NCBI GenBank assembly: GCA_965637545.1
Contig: OZ281499.1
Location: forward strand, 16,244,001-16,308,000
Source of the DNA: Phallusia mammillata
Lineage: Eukaryota
DNA: 64,000 bases
Reading direction: 5' to 3'
Below the pieces are notes generated by a model. That model had not been told where the DNA came from and ran no database searches. It saw only the letters and a list, made by a program, of their open reading frames with translations. Shown here piece by piece: positions 24,214-37,600 of this stretch. Position 1 is the first letter of the stretch, and each line of letters starts with the position of its first letter. Both the position numbers and the translations under genes were made by a program.

Positions 24214-27200
24214 CAGGTTTAACTGAGCTAGCACGCGCGCTGCTCAGGGATAATTGATTGAAAGCTGCTCACCAAACTTCTGTTTAGTCTGTTGCCTGCC
24301 TTGAACCGTTAATCACCCCCTCCCGTTTGCAATAATTTGATGTGTAGTGAAAGTTCATGTTCACCCCCCTCCAAAAAAAGAAATGAAAAGATAAGTAAAA
24401 CGCTGGGTTTATGTACCACCCAATGGAAATACCCAATGTTATTTTTAATAATCACATGTCACACAAATCTTTTTTATTTATTGAGTTTAATACAAGTGGT
24501 GTCCTTTGATAAAGTATAGAGACGCAACATGGCAAGAGCACAGACCGCCTCGCCAGCTCGTCTCTCTGTCAGCGTTGGTGAGAAAAGTTATCTCTCAGCA
24601 GGCGAACAGGAAACGCGGGACATGGGAACGAAAACAACTTTCGAGCGAGGGTCGCGCTCCGTCGACGGTTCACAAGCTTAACATGCCCCGAGCATCTTTT
24701 CAACGCCATGAGGTGTTACGTTTGACCCCGCCCGCGGAAATTATCACCGCTGTTGACAGGTAAGGTGTGGATTGGATCTCGGCAACCAAGTTTCAGTGTA
24801 TAGGCTTGGCCAACATAGGTTTTATGCGGGCGAATTTGAAACTTTTATTTTCGATATCAAAACTTATAGCAATGTTTCATACTCTGCGCTCTATATTTAC
24901 GAGAAATTCCTCGCAAATTACAATCTTTTTAACTTGTATACTAATACACTAATAAATGCCATTTTGGGGGAAATACACAAATCATCAATTATTGTGTCAC
25001 AAACAAAAAATTACAATAACGACTCAAAAAGCATTTCATTTTATCGCCAAAACATGATCCTAAAGTTTTGTCGTTCTTCATGAATATTGTATGACTACCA
25101 TTAAGAAATGCTTTCAGATTTGCAAACTCGGAATACTGCTAATTTTCATTAGTTGTTGTTGTGCCTACACATGATCAGTTGCAGAAAATATGTGTGTAAT
25201 TAGGACCCTTGTCCAATCAGCAATAAGCCCCCTGATTGATGGTTTAATGAAATTTGTTGTTGAATTTAGCCTAATTTTTCAAATTTGTGGTGAATGAAAT
25301 AGCTACACGTGTTGAACTACCTCTTACCAGTGAGTGGATGAAACTTGTTTAAATCATTGGCTCAGTTGGTAAAAAAAAATTCTCTGATGATAAAGAACAT
25401 AACCGGAAGCAAATGCGCGACGAAGGCGGAATTTTGTTCTTGTTTTTTTCATGTTGGGTGGGTATTCAAACCCACTACCCTCAAACTTAAACCTGAGAGT
25501 GATTGTTTTTGCATAAAGTTACAAATGTATCGACACTTATTGAAGGCGCATTGGCAATCTTTGAGCAACAATAGCCGGTCATACTTCTAGTGCCTTTGCA
25601 GTCACAGTGTGAAAACAACAGCGTCCTATTGAAATCATGTCATCGCGGGTACTTAGCAGATACTTGGGGCAGCGAAGCGGTTAACTATACGTGAGCTTCT
25701 AATGCCCCTCTTAACCGCAAACCTTGGGTTATGTTACACCATAAACATGAGCAATGACACTGCAGCCATCTACAGTGCAAAGGTTGCCATGCTAATCTGA
25801 AAAATACTTTATAATCGTTAGAGTAAAGAAACAGGCGTAAATAGTAGGTGACGGTTGAATGTGAAGCGAGTTTATGAATGAGGGAAGTTTGGTTTAAATA
25901 TAGTTTGTGGTTGCTTTTATTTCAGTTTTGCAAATTACTTCCTCCAAATGAGTTTTTTAACTTCCGTTTATTTAAACGTTGTAGATTACGTCAAAATATC
26001 ATACTAGTACAACTCGTTTGGGATCAAACATTTGAAATTGTTCTATAGCGTTCAGCTTTTTGACTATCATTAATAAGCTTGCATGATATGTCTAAATACG
26101 TACATGCTCTACACCAGTTCGGTTAATGGTTGTTAAATTGTTTGGCCGGGCCGTCGTTTTAACATCTGTCGGAGGCGATTCCAATTTCAGAGGGCGGAGA
26201 TTGCGACATTAAAACGTTGAATTAATCATCACTGAAACTTGTCAACGACAAAAGAACAACTCAAATTCAATTGCGGTCGGCCCCCGCGACCTCGTTACCC
26301 ACAAGTGTGTTGTCTTGCCTTGTTTCGGAGTCCACAGTTGCTTGGGGGTGGCAGCTATCGTGGGTTAAAGAACTACAGATGAGCGTGATGTCGTCTCACC
26401 TTACGTTTTACCCCTCTTGAGATCCCTACTTAATTGCGTGCAGTTTCGCCCTTCGACAGCAGCCGTCCTGTTTGTGTGCGCGCTTCAATTTCACTTCCGA
26501 GTTATTGTATCAGCGCTTGATTACCCTCACATTTGCGTGCAAAGCTCAGTAACTTAATCCCGACAAGTTGTGGTGAGCAATTCGGGCAAGTGGGGGTCGC
26601 CTCACAGATGCAGTCGACTATCGTCTTCTTTTCGAGCCCCTCAAGAGGTCTGTAACATTTACCGCACCAGCAACACAACCCCGTTATGCATGCTCGCCTC
26701 TGTTGACGGATGTACATTCCTCGGCTTTTTAAGCTATCGTGTGACCGGAAGTCCCATAGAAAGGGAATTTCAGGCCTCTTTGCCTTGCCCGACCACTCTT
26801 AGCTTGAACACACGCCCGCAAAGTGGGCTTGCCGAAATTACCGCGTTGGCCTGTCGTGCGGTCAAACCCAATGCTCTTTTCCACCTGCTTTTGCAAATCG
26901 TGCCAGTATTGGTAACTTTATCATTGCCACCACATGCTGCTTGAAGACTTGTTCGGAAAACCTCTGTTTTACAAGTCATTGAATTACTTTCTTCACCCAT
27001 TTGCATGGACTGTGGACAAAGTCTATTTTGAGAGCTGCCAACCAAGGAAACTGTACACGTGCCGCTTCTTCAGGTCATCCAGGAGTAATTTACATGATCA
27101 GTAACAGCGCGAACAACGGCCAATAACAAAGATTTGGTTTGACCGCAGTCCGGCAATCGGGTCGAATTGTTCTGTTTTACAAATGTACAAACGATTCTCC

Positions 27201-28515
27201 AAAGATTCTGATGAAGGCTTAATACGGATATAACTTTCAACAGTTGATTACATTTCAGATTCGCCCAGGAATAAGTATGTTCGAGTCTACATTTAAAAAT
27301 GATACATTTCAATGATTTTTGAGAAATTCCCTAATAATAATAGCTCACATGATTTGTAAAGTATAAAAATAGCAGACATAGTGACCAACTCATTAAAAAA
27401 ATCGTTGCAATGCCTCTGTGGGCAACACAAGCCTTTTTTGTAGGGTATGTTACCACACAGTCTTGAATCGAGAAAGTTCCCAGCGAAATCGCGGATACAT
27501 GACACCATGATTCATTGCGGGCGGCTCATATCAAGTCATACACAATGCGAAAGCGTTTCACTGTGACATTGTGTGCATCCGTGTGCTCCACTTTACCCCG
27601 TGTGAGGAAATGTTGTTGTTATTGATATGCTGAGTCATGAGTGACGTTGCGTGACAAGGGATTGTCAAACCTCAGTGTTGGCGGTCATATCTGTTGTAGT
27701 TTCCACAAGCCAATGATTCAATCCTTCCTGTTTCTTACTGTTTCTTCTGTGTCGTTTATGCAGGTAGAATAAGACTAACTGGTGGTTGCTGTGCACTTGG
27801 TATTACGGCATGTGCACAGCTTTGTCTAACGCTCTAACCCGTTAGTTTGTAAAAAAAAGTAGTTGGCATGAAAGTCCTCCCTTGGTTCGTCAAACTTTCT
27901 CTGTTACCCGACAAAGATGTGTTTCAGTTGCCACTCTGTTTAGGTTCACAAAATTTAATATTTATACTATTATAATTATTTATCAATGCACCTGGTTTCA
28001 ACACTTAACTATTTACGTTTGTATATGTTGTTTCGGTTCGGTCTCTTAAAGTTTTGCTTTGATGTGAACATTGATATCAGCATGCAGCTTCAGGGTGCAA
28101 AGTATGAAATGCTCATTACGACTTGGTTTCAACCTTGTATAGTTTATCCACTGCGACGATCTTATAAACCAGAAAAATTACTACCCTTTTTCAAAATTTT
28201 TATTGTGTTTTTTTCAGAGTAATGTGTTTTTTGTTCCGCACAGCGCCACAGCATATGGAAACTTCTTTGTAGTCTACATATGCCGGTAAAACATTATGTG
28301 TTTTCCAACCAAATGGAAGTTGGCGTTTTTTTAAACAAGTTTATTTAAGAGATAAAGCACTGCATAAAACACAAAAACTGTAATAAATCGGATCCAAAGA
28401 GAAACAAAAACGCACTTGCCACTTGCTTTGATATTCACCCATTTCAAAGCCGTGTATTTCGAATTAGTTTTTATTGAATAAATCATTTTAGGGCCGAAAA
28501 GCGTATTATCCCAAT

Positions 28516-28601
28516 GCGTGAGAAACGCTCTCGACTCGTTGACTGAACACTTGTTTATGTCAAAATTTGGGAAGCGGAATTTAATCAGGCGTGTTCGACC
28601 C
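28516..28601 (+). promoter_or_regulatory. Duplicated putative cis-regulatory module, copy B
   Basis: GCGTGAGAAA at 28516, core CTTGTTTATGTCAAAATTTGGGAAGCGGAATTTAATCAGGCGTGTTCGACCC at 28550-28601; same order and near-identical spacing (34 bp) as copy A. Confidence 0.55.
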
Positions 28602-31600
28602 TGAGTGCACAGGGCTGAAACCGAACACAGAATTCTTCCTGCTGGCCTGAGCACTCTCGATTGCTGTCGGAGTTGGGTTACCGGGGCAGAAATTTTGCAA
28701 CAACTTCTTTGGGCATTAACAGCATTACCTTGCCACGCAGTGCCTGTAAAGTTCGGTGCGCTATTTATATACCATAAGCCCGTCCGTTTCCGTTTAACTT
28801 TTCATTAGATGTGTGTTCTGACCTGAAATTGTTTGGAAATTGTAATGTCATTAAAATAGAAAAAGCACCAACAGTGGTTCATTTTAATATCATTTTTTTC
28901 ATGTAAGACATTTTAAGCAGTTACATCTTGTATTGTCATTGACGATATTGCTGGTAGCCTAAACTCGCAAATCTTTTCAATATTTACAAGGTTAACTTTT
29001 TACACCTATAAAATTAAACATTTTAAATAAAGTCCTGTTTTCACATTTGGTCTGTGTGGTATAGACTTTGGAGCAACAAACCATCGTAGAGTCTATGTTT
29101 TGTAAATAAGTCTCTGATTGTGATTCATAAACAACCTATTACGCGATATTAACAATCTCCATGTCGAAAAAAATGTCTCTTTAACCTTACGTACTACCAT
29201 TTTTTATACTCGACAACCATTTTTCTTTCTCGCACCACACGTAATTTTTCTTTGGAGCGATGAAGGTTAACGCTGTCAGACGTCATCACTCCACGCGCCC
29301 GCCCTCGCGCTAACGGACAAGGAGACCAGCGGCACGCCAGCCCACCCTACAAACATCAACAGGGATTACATCCAAACGAAAACTTATCACTGCATTCATA
29401 AAACTTTTTTATACGGTCCACCGTCTGTCCGTCACTTCGGTCATTGGGGATCACTGCCCGGAAACTTTATGGACCGCCCTTGGGCCCATGTTTGGGTTTT
29501 CTGGCACGTTTTAACCGAGCTCGCGGACAGGTTCCTTTCACTTGCCCAGCAGGGTCAACAAAAGCCCAAAGCTATTTCTTAGATACTGTGTACTAGTAAG
29601 TTTAACTATTTGCACTCATTCATGGATGGTGTTTGAAGTTTTTGCAGTGCCTAAAATATCTGCCATGTTCCCTGGCTGTGGGCCACGTGGTGGGCACACA
29701 CCTGTAAGAACAATTTTGAAATTGTTTACTTGTTGACTGACATTAACGAAAAACTTTACCAACACGGTCTGTTGCAGGCATATCATCAAACAAATGTTTG
29801 GCTTTTCACATGACATTATCTTAAATTTATTATTGAACCCACATTTGATGGAAAATATGGTGTTAAAAATTGAACGACAAACGAACAACCCCTGAGTCAT
29901 TCCTTCTGCTGTAAGTTTGTGGCGGTCGCCATAGCTACTATAAAGACGATACAGCGTTTATTAATTCCGGACGCTCCCATACTCCACACGCATTGATGCT
30001 CAACATGGCGTACCACAGGGCATATTGGTGGACCTCTTCCGTTGACAGATAATAGACCGCGACGCGCAAATAGCTACTGTGTTGCCTCCGATCTTCGTCA
30101 CGGTTTCACTGCATTCCGTACATGAGCGGGGCACACAGACCGGGTGTTGTGACCAGATTTTCAACGGAGTCGCACATTAAAGGCGTGCGGCGCGTGTTGG
30201 AGACATAGTTGTGGGCGCGAACGACACAAGCAGGTGGTTATGCTGCCAGGGCCGGATTGACAAGGGAAAATGGAAGGTGGTGTCAGGCTGCCCCTATTCG
30301 GAGTTCAAGACGGCTTTACTTCAAAACATTGCTTTCAAAGTTTATTTGAAAACAAACTTTCACACATTTGAAAGCGATTTTGTTGCCTTCTTAGTTTGTT
30401 TGGTAGTTTCAAACATATTAATGGCCCCTTTATTAGAGTCAAAATTCTGTGTTATTGTAGATTCATTAATTTTCTTTAAGTTAAACATTAGACTAATTGA
30501 TACCATAAGCATTAATGTTAAAAGTTGTTTTAGGGAATCTTTACCAATAGTGAAGACCAACAACGTTAATTTGTTGAACAAACCATATGCTGAATTTTTA
30601 CAGATTTATGTCGAAACGATTCTTTAACAATATGACATGCGGCGCCATTTTTAATTTCTGACCTTGAAAAAAAACACTAAATCGCCCAAACAGTAACTTC
30701 TTGGAAGCTCCTGTGCCCATTCATGCCCCTATTGTTACTTCACCCCCCGAATTCGGGTAATGCAAACAGGAAGAAAAGTTTTTTGCGTGTCGGCTTTATC
30801 GGGTGAAGGGCATCAGGTCTTTATGGGAGAGTGCGCATGGCGTGCGACCCGACACCTGCCGACGATGACACAAGCACACGAGATTTATTTATCCCCTACT
30901 CATTAGCACTGGGGCATCGCGCAGTATGCGTTGGCGTAGTGGGGCCCTGTGGCGCTAAGCGGACAAGGATGGGTCGCATTTATCGAAGTTATTAAATTAT
31001 CCGTTGATCTGATTCGATTTAACGCTCACCGGCATGCTATTTTGAGACATGAATCGTAACAATGCTTGACAGCCAGATGGAAGGCTATTTAGTTTTTTTT
31101 GGTCACTTTACATTAATCTCTCTGTTGTTTCGCGGTCCCTACACCAAGCGAAATTATTCTTTTTCTGTTATTGTATTGTTTTGCTGGGATCAAGCGCAAA
31201 TTCTTCTCATCATATTACCCCTGCGCTGCCTACTGTTTTAATTAAATTCCGAGTTTTGCGTGAAGATATTTCAATTTCGTTTTTTGGTGTTAGTTCGTCT
31301 AAAATCAGTCGGGCCTCAGTTTTCATTTAGTCTGACCACGCAAAATAAGTTGCTTTGAAGCGTCCTAAATTCATTTTGTGTCCGCAATGGTCTGAATTTA
31401 AATTATCTTTCCCGAAAAATAGCTAACGCATGATTATATTTTATTAAGGAACTGAAATGCCATTAGGCGAAATATATAAATTCCACGATAATCATCGACT
31501 GATTTCGTTTCAAGGAAAATATTTTCCATTCTTAGTTATTTAATTACATAAACGGTGACCATCGATGACCATGTTGCCTGTTAAACGGTCCGATACTGTT

Positions 31601-34600
31601 CAGTTCAAACACCCTCAAACTACAACCGAACAAGACATTGTCTAACTTGTGTTGCAAACCTATAGTTGAATTTGAAGAGCATTAGAGCCTGAACTATGGT
31701 TTTGCATATTTAAGTTAGAACTTGATAGTTTTACCCACACCAGGCTAGTTTAAACTTTACACCGAAACGTTTCACATTCGTTTTGTATGTTGGTTATATT
31801 TGCGTTAGTTGTCTTTTGTTTGCTACCATTTTCATTTTGTCAGTCGATCATTATACATTGAGGTATATTTGATTTTACAGAGAAGCACATCTGATTATAC
31901 GCACAAAACCGGCGATGAGTTTATCCATTTTTATCGCTCGTCTGTCATTTTGCTTCCGATCATCATGTGAAAATTATGCCACCACACTAACGAGCTATTA
32001 CAGCTCCGTGCAAATTCCAACACGAGCTGATAACATTTAACCTTATCGCCTTCGCCCCACTAATAGCACTCGCTTGGTTTGCTTTGCATGATTAGTTAAA
32101 CTCGTTTGTTTGTCTCTGTCAAAGTCCATATCGAGGAACGATAATTAACCAGCTAGAAATGCGCTGGCTTTTCGAGGGAAAGTTGTTTGCTGTGCGGTGG
32201 CGCAACGATGTGCCTTGTTTGTCTTTTAATAACCCTTATCACAATGGTAAACACGATAAGTTGCTTCTTTACAGACCCGATATGATTAGCAGGGTTAGTT
32301 AAACTTTTAACTACAGCGAGGTGAAAAGACCGTTGTTGTTTCTCGATAAACAATGATGCACCCTGTTTTATTCACAGCAAACCGTTTTGTTGTTTTGTCT
32401 CATCTTGCTAAAATATTGGTTGCTTTTACGCCACTGAACTAAGTTTTATTACTTCGTTTTTTTGTGTTGCCAATGCTTTTGTTACTTTATCAGGAGTTTT
32501 TGTTTAAAAAATGCCATTATCCTGATAACAAAATCGTTTTTTATATAACGTCGAAGCGTCGGTTGTTAAACGAAGAGTCATATTTGTTTAGATATCTTTA
32601 TATGTTTGTTGCTTACAATTTTTGATCCAGTTGACAACATAGACTTTAATAACAAATCGTCATGGTGTGAGCTTTACTGCTGTTTTGTGGGGTATTGTTG
32701 CTGTGTACTTTCAAACTCTTTTGCTCAGTAAAATATTACTTGCTGCCAATTGGGCTGTCAATCCATCACAGCATGTACAAGTGCCGTATATAAACTCACT
32801 TGCTTAATTTGTAGGCTGACGGCAATACGACAAAACGATGTTAAGGGAAGTCGCAAGCCTGTTCCGTAAAGTGAATTACGGGACTTGGTGACAGCATGTA
32901 GGACCTTGCATATCACATGTTTAACAAACGTTTCCCTTTCTCGCCATATAACGGTTGGTTACTGATTTAACAGGAATCGATTTCATTTGCTTGTCACGGA
33001 CTTTCCATTTTAACCGTTTGTTACAATTATTGTTTTGCTGTGGCGTCCATCTTTTTTTGCCAATCCAGCTATTTTTGGATCCTTGATTGTTCCATAGTTT
33101 CATGCCTTTTCCCTATTGCACCCCAATGTTTACTAAATATGCATTTACATGAATTACATGTTTGTAATAATTTGTCGACGTGTAGTGCATGAGTTGTTAG
33201 CCATGGGTACGTGATGCAGTTTCATAATCAAGGTGGGTCCATTTCATGCTTGGTTTTATCCCAGATGAACGGACGACCCGAATCTGTTATGCTCAGAGAC
33301 CACTGTCGAGCTGTCTGTTGTATTGCAAGTTTGTTGGAAGATTTTTTGACCTTTGGAGCGTTGTTGACTCCAATTTAGTTTAGCCTACAGGCTTTTTGGG
33401 GTTGGTGCAACGGCGCTCAAGTTTCTTGCTCAGGGAATCGCAAGTGTTAAGCGCTGAGTTGCACTTTGGTGAATAAAAGTTAGTACTGTTGCAAGTACTG
33501 TTCGGTTCAAAATACTTATTATTTATATTTGTTTCAATATATTGCGCGTACGTCAATTTCTGCAAATGTATAAAGTCATTGCGGACATCAAGAGAAAAAA
33601 TTCTTCAAAGCTCGAGGGATACTATAGTTGCTCTATAGAGCAAAACGGTTAGGAATTACTGGCCAAGTGATAATTATCTATTGTTTCAGGACCACTATCT
33701 GCCTAAAAATATTTAGCAAGTTCAACAAAAAAACATTGACGAGTGTATGCTTGTATTTAATTGACAAGTGTATTAGGTTCAGCACAATAACCACGAAGCT
33801 TAACTGTCCAAATTGCATAAGCAGCAAGTAGTTATTGCATTGTACCATTTGGCTTGGCAGAAGCACACGTGGCTTGCAGTTTTTCAAATAGTTGTCTCAA
33901 TGTAATTTAAATCATTTGATTACAATGCACATTATGTTTGTTGATTTCTATGCTTTGTGTGCATTCATAACGTCAGTTAGTTTTAAAAACTAAAACTAAT
34001 GCATTCATCATGTCAATCGGTTGTCTTACATCGATTGAGGCTAAAATTTACACAATCACTACGTTGGTAGAAAAACGGACGTTCTTCACCGAAATCGCTT
34101 TATTCAATAGTTCGCAGAAGCGTACACTAGTTTTCGATGCTTGCGCTATGCTAATTGAAGGAATCTGCAGCGATATCCAAGAATCGTAAGGCACTGCCTT
34201 TCATGGGGTGTGATTAATGATTTCCGCAATTCATGGCAATACGTTCTTACCTCTATTGTCTAAGTGGCTTTTCGGATACCTCAAGACAGCACTGTCTCGC
34301 GGCAGTATTCATTAACGGGCTAAAATACCATCCCTTGAGTTTATACCTGTCAAATCGAATTCCAAGAAAGTTTTCTGCCCCCGCCTGGTCCCCGCATTAC
34401 CCTCTTGCAAAGGCTGTCGCGCGTTTGAAGCGCTTCGGCGAAATTCTCATGTTATTTTCCTTCCACTTCTTCATTATCTTGTCCATCAAACCTCCACTGT
34501 GTCCTTCCCCGTGTCGCCCGAACGCTGATCTGTTTTCCTGCCAACTGCCACCCCCCATCAGCAACTCTCGATTTAGCGGAAAACCATATGCCATCTAAGA

Positions 34601-37600
34601 CTTGTGAAACCGCCAAAATATAAAAATCTTGCACGTCAGTTGGCATTAAAATTTATTCCAATATTTTATACCACACTTGGTATTTTTTTTGTTACTAAAC
34701 CAGTGGGTTTAAGCCTATATAAGGACAATTTACTTGAACTGATATGTTGTTTCTCGAAACGTTAATACCAAATCGAAAGAGGTAAAGAGTTTATTGTCTT
34801 TAAACCAAAAATCAACAGCTGGATACATGGAAGCCTTCAACACTTGGTGAACAACAGAACCTGACTTAACTCGCCAAAGTACACCCTTTACTTGTTCTAT
34901 CTCCGATTCGACCTTACGACAAAATTAGACACACAAAAATTTAGTACCGTGTGTTAAGCCCACTTTTTTTCATTAGTTGTGTTGAGAGGGCCTCTAAGTA
35001 TGAATATGTGTTTATGTGTACCATTTGTCTAAATTGTGCTTAACTGTTTAATTATGGTAATATTTTACAGTCTGTTTACAACACCAATGGCGATACTCTA
35101 ACATTTGGGAACAGAGTGACAGCCATCATGCCCTGGCAGTCATAGATTACTCAGTTGTCAATGATACACCTTGACACTGAGCACATTCCAAGGTCGTGGT
35201 CACGTTCAAGTCGCTGTCAAGGTCTGTGACAGGGCAGGGTGAGAGGTCAAGTGGTCGGAAGCTGATTGGTGAATACCACGGTAACACACTACACCACGCA
35301 GCCGTTGTTTGTGCACTTACAAAAAGGCACATTTGATCCCGTAAGCTTCAAATGCCTAGACCTCGAGAGACGCGATTATTTGGTGTTACATCGCGGCGTC
35401 AATGCATGCCAGGGCTAGTGACGTACTTAGAGATTTCAGACTTGCGTTAACCAGCTTATGCGGCTCCGAAAAACGAGAGCATCTAGGCACTTACCCTGTG
35501 TACCGAGTTTCTGTTTCATTTCCGACCGGTCTTACTGAGTGCTCGAGCCCCGGCACATATGCGTGCAAAGCTCGGTAACAGTACCCTTGAAAAGTGGTGC
35601 GGAGGTGAAATATACCCCACCACGGTCACAGACGCTGACCACCCCCTTTTCAGCCCCCGTTCCATGACGTTAGGGGGCTTTGTGATCGGTATTTGGTGAT
35701 AAAACACCCAAGTTTTGCCCCATCGTGCCCCAACGCTCTCTCGACACTGATTCGATCTCTCAGTTTCTACTTCGCTTGTAAACCGAACACGAACGCTCGA
35801 GCACTGTCAATTGTCTTGTTTGTGGCTTGTTCTAATACTGCGCACGACTTCCGTTCCCTTAATTCAGGCGAAAAACCTGTTCGGACGGAAACTGAAACCC
35901 CGAACACACCGGCTTGCGTCATGAGCTACTTGTGGCTAAATGTTTGTGTCTAATTTTATCTGGTAAAAAAGCAGCTGTGGCCTGACAGTTGGTGGTGGAG
36001 CTTTATTGAAATTTTTTTCCGTGTTGAACACAAAACCTCTTAAATTATTTTAATGTAATTTCAATCATTGATAAAAAAGAAATGTTGGTACCATTTAATT
36101 TGTTTTCGTAATGACAGTCGAAGACCTAAACTCTTTCTGGTGAGTTGTATAAAACTGTTGAGAAAATTATCGTGTTGTTGTGAAAAACAGATAAATAACA
36201 AGAAAATGTTTCTGTCGTCAAAATCAAGGTCAACATTAGGGTTCGTATTAAACCTATAGTTTAGGGTGTATTTGTATATATTGTTGCTGACATTCTTCAA
36301 AACCTTTTTTTTTTAATTAACTTGCCGTCTACGTTTGTAAAATATCAAATGTAAATCGATTTTTCCAAAAAAATACCCTATATATATTCGCAAAATAACT
36401 TAAATGTTACTCAATAGACAGTTTGTTGATCAGATCCTTTGGTAGCTAGAACTCATTACTTAGACAGGAATGTTTTGTCACAAATACAAACACAGAGCGA
36501 TTTCTTCAAATACCTTGTCGTCTATTTTTGTACAATATCTTAAATGTTACCCAAAGGACAGTTTATTTCTCAGGTCAATTGGTAACTAGAACTTATTAGT
36601 TTGCCCGGAATAGTCACAAATACCAAGCCCTGCCCTTTAAGTGACTCATAGTAGAGGGTGATGTTGATGCGCCGGTGCTTCACGGTCGGTGAAAATCCTG
36701 CGACGGTTCAAACCCGCCGAGTTATTGCCATTCGGTGATACGGTTTCACCCGATTTGTCGCAACACCAACGACGCTCTGCCCGACTTGAAAGGAAGGCGT
36801 AGCACCACATGGAAAGGGGTGGCTCTTCTTGAATCATAGAGGAGGGTTCTTCAAAAGTTTTTTTAAAAAAAAGGACAAATAGGCACATTTAGCGACGTAG
36901 AAAATATTGAATATATTGAAACGTTTCATCCTCATGGTCGCATATTTAGTAATGTATTTTGTTCATTTGGTGCAAAGTTTTACACATACTCTTTTTTCAG
37001 TTAAAAAAATGTTTTTCTCGACGTTTTGCCCACCAGCACGATGGGCATCATTATGCTGTGATGTTTTCAAAAACATAAAGTTATACTAATTACTGAAGTT
37101 ATGAAAGGCGTGAAAGTCATACAAACCAATCGTTTTTTATGAATTGTAAAACAATTTTTCTAACGTTTCCCTGTAGCTTGATGGACATCGTCATTCGGCT
37201 ACTTGTTTTAACTAGTGCAAGAAACAGTTATAATCAATCCAATTGCTTAAATAATTTTATTTCATGATTTTAGCGACTTGGGGTCGTGGAGCCCGAACCA
37301 AAACCTCCTTAATTTTATTTTTATGGCGCGCCCTTGTCACGCAAGTAGCTGCGTTATTTGTCTTCCTTGCAGCTGGCTAACGCTGGGACAACTTGGGTAA
37401 TTTAATTTTCCTACCTGGCGAAACGCACCGACTGCTCTGGTCTCGTTCGTTTATGTTTTGCGGCGTTTCTGGCGGAAATTGTTGCGTTCCGCATCTATGC
37501 TAAATTCCGAACAACATCCCGACTAAGCCTCGTAATTTTAAGGCGCAAGATTGCGGAAGTAAAATCAAAACAGCATAAGTAATTGTCTCCGGTAAACTTT

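Noticed and set aside
36705-36715. tRNA/SINE B-box-like GGTTCAAACCC
   Set aside because: No A box at the right spacing and no cloverleaf stems.
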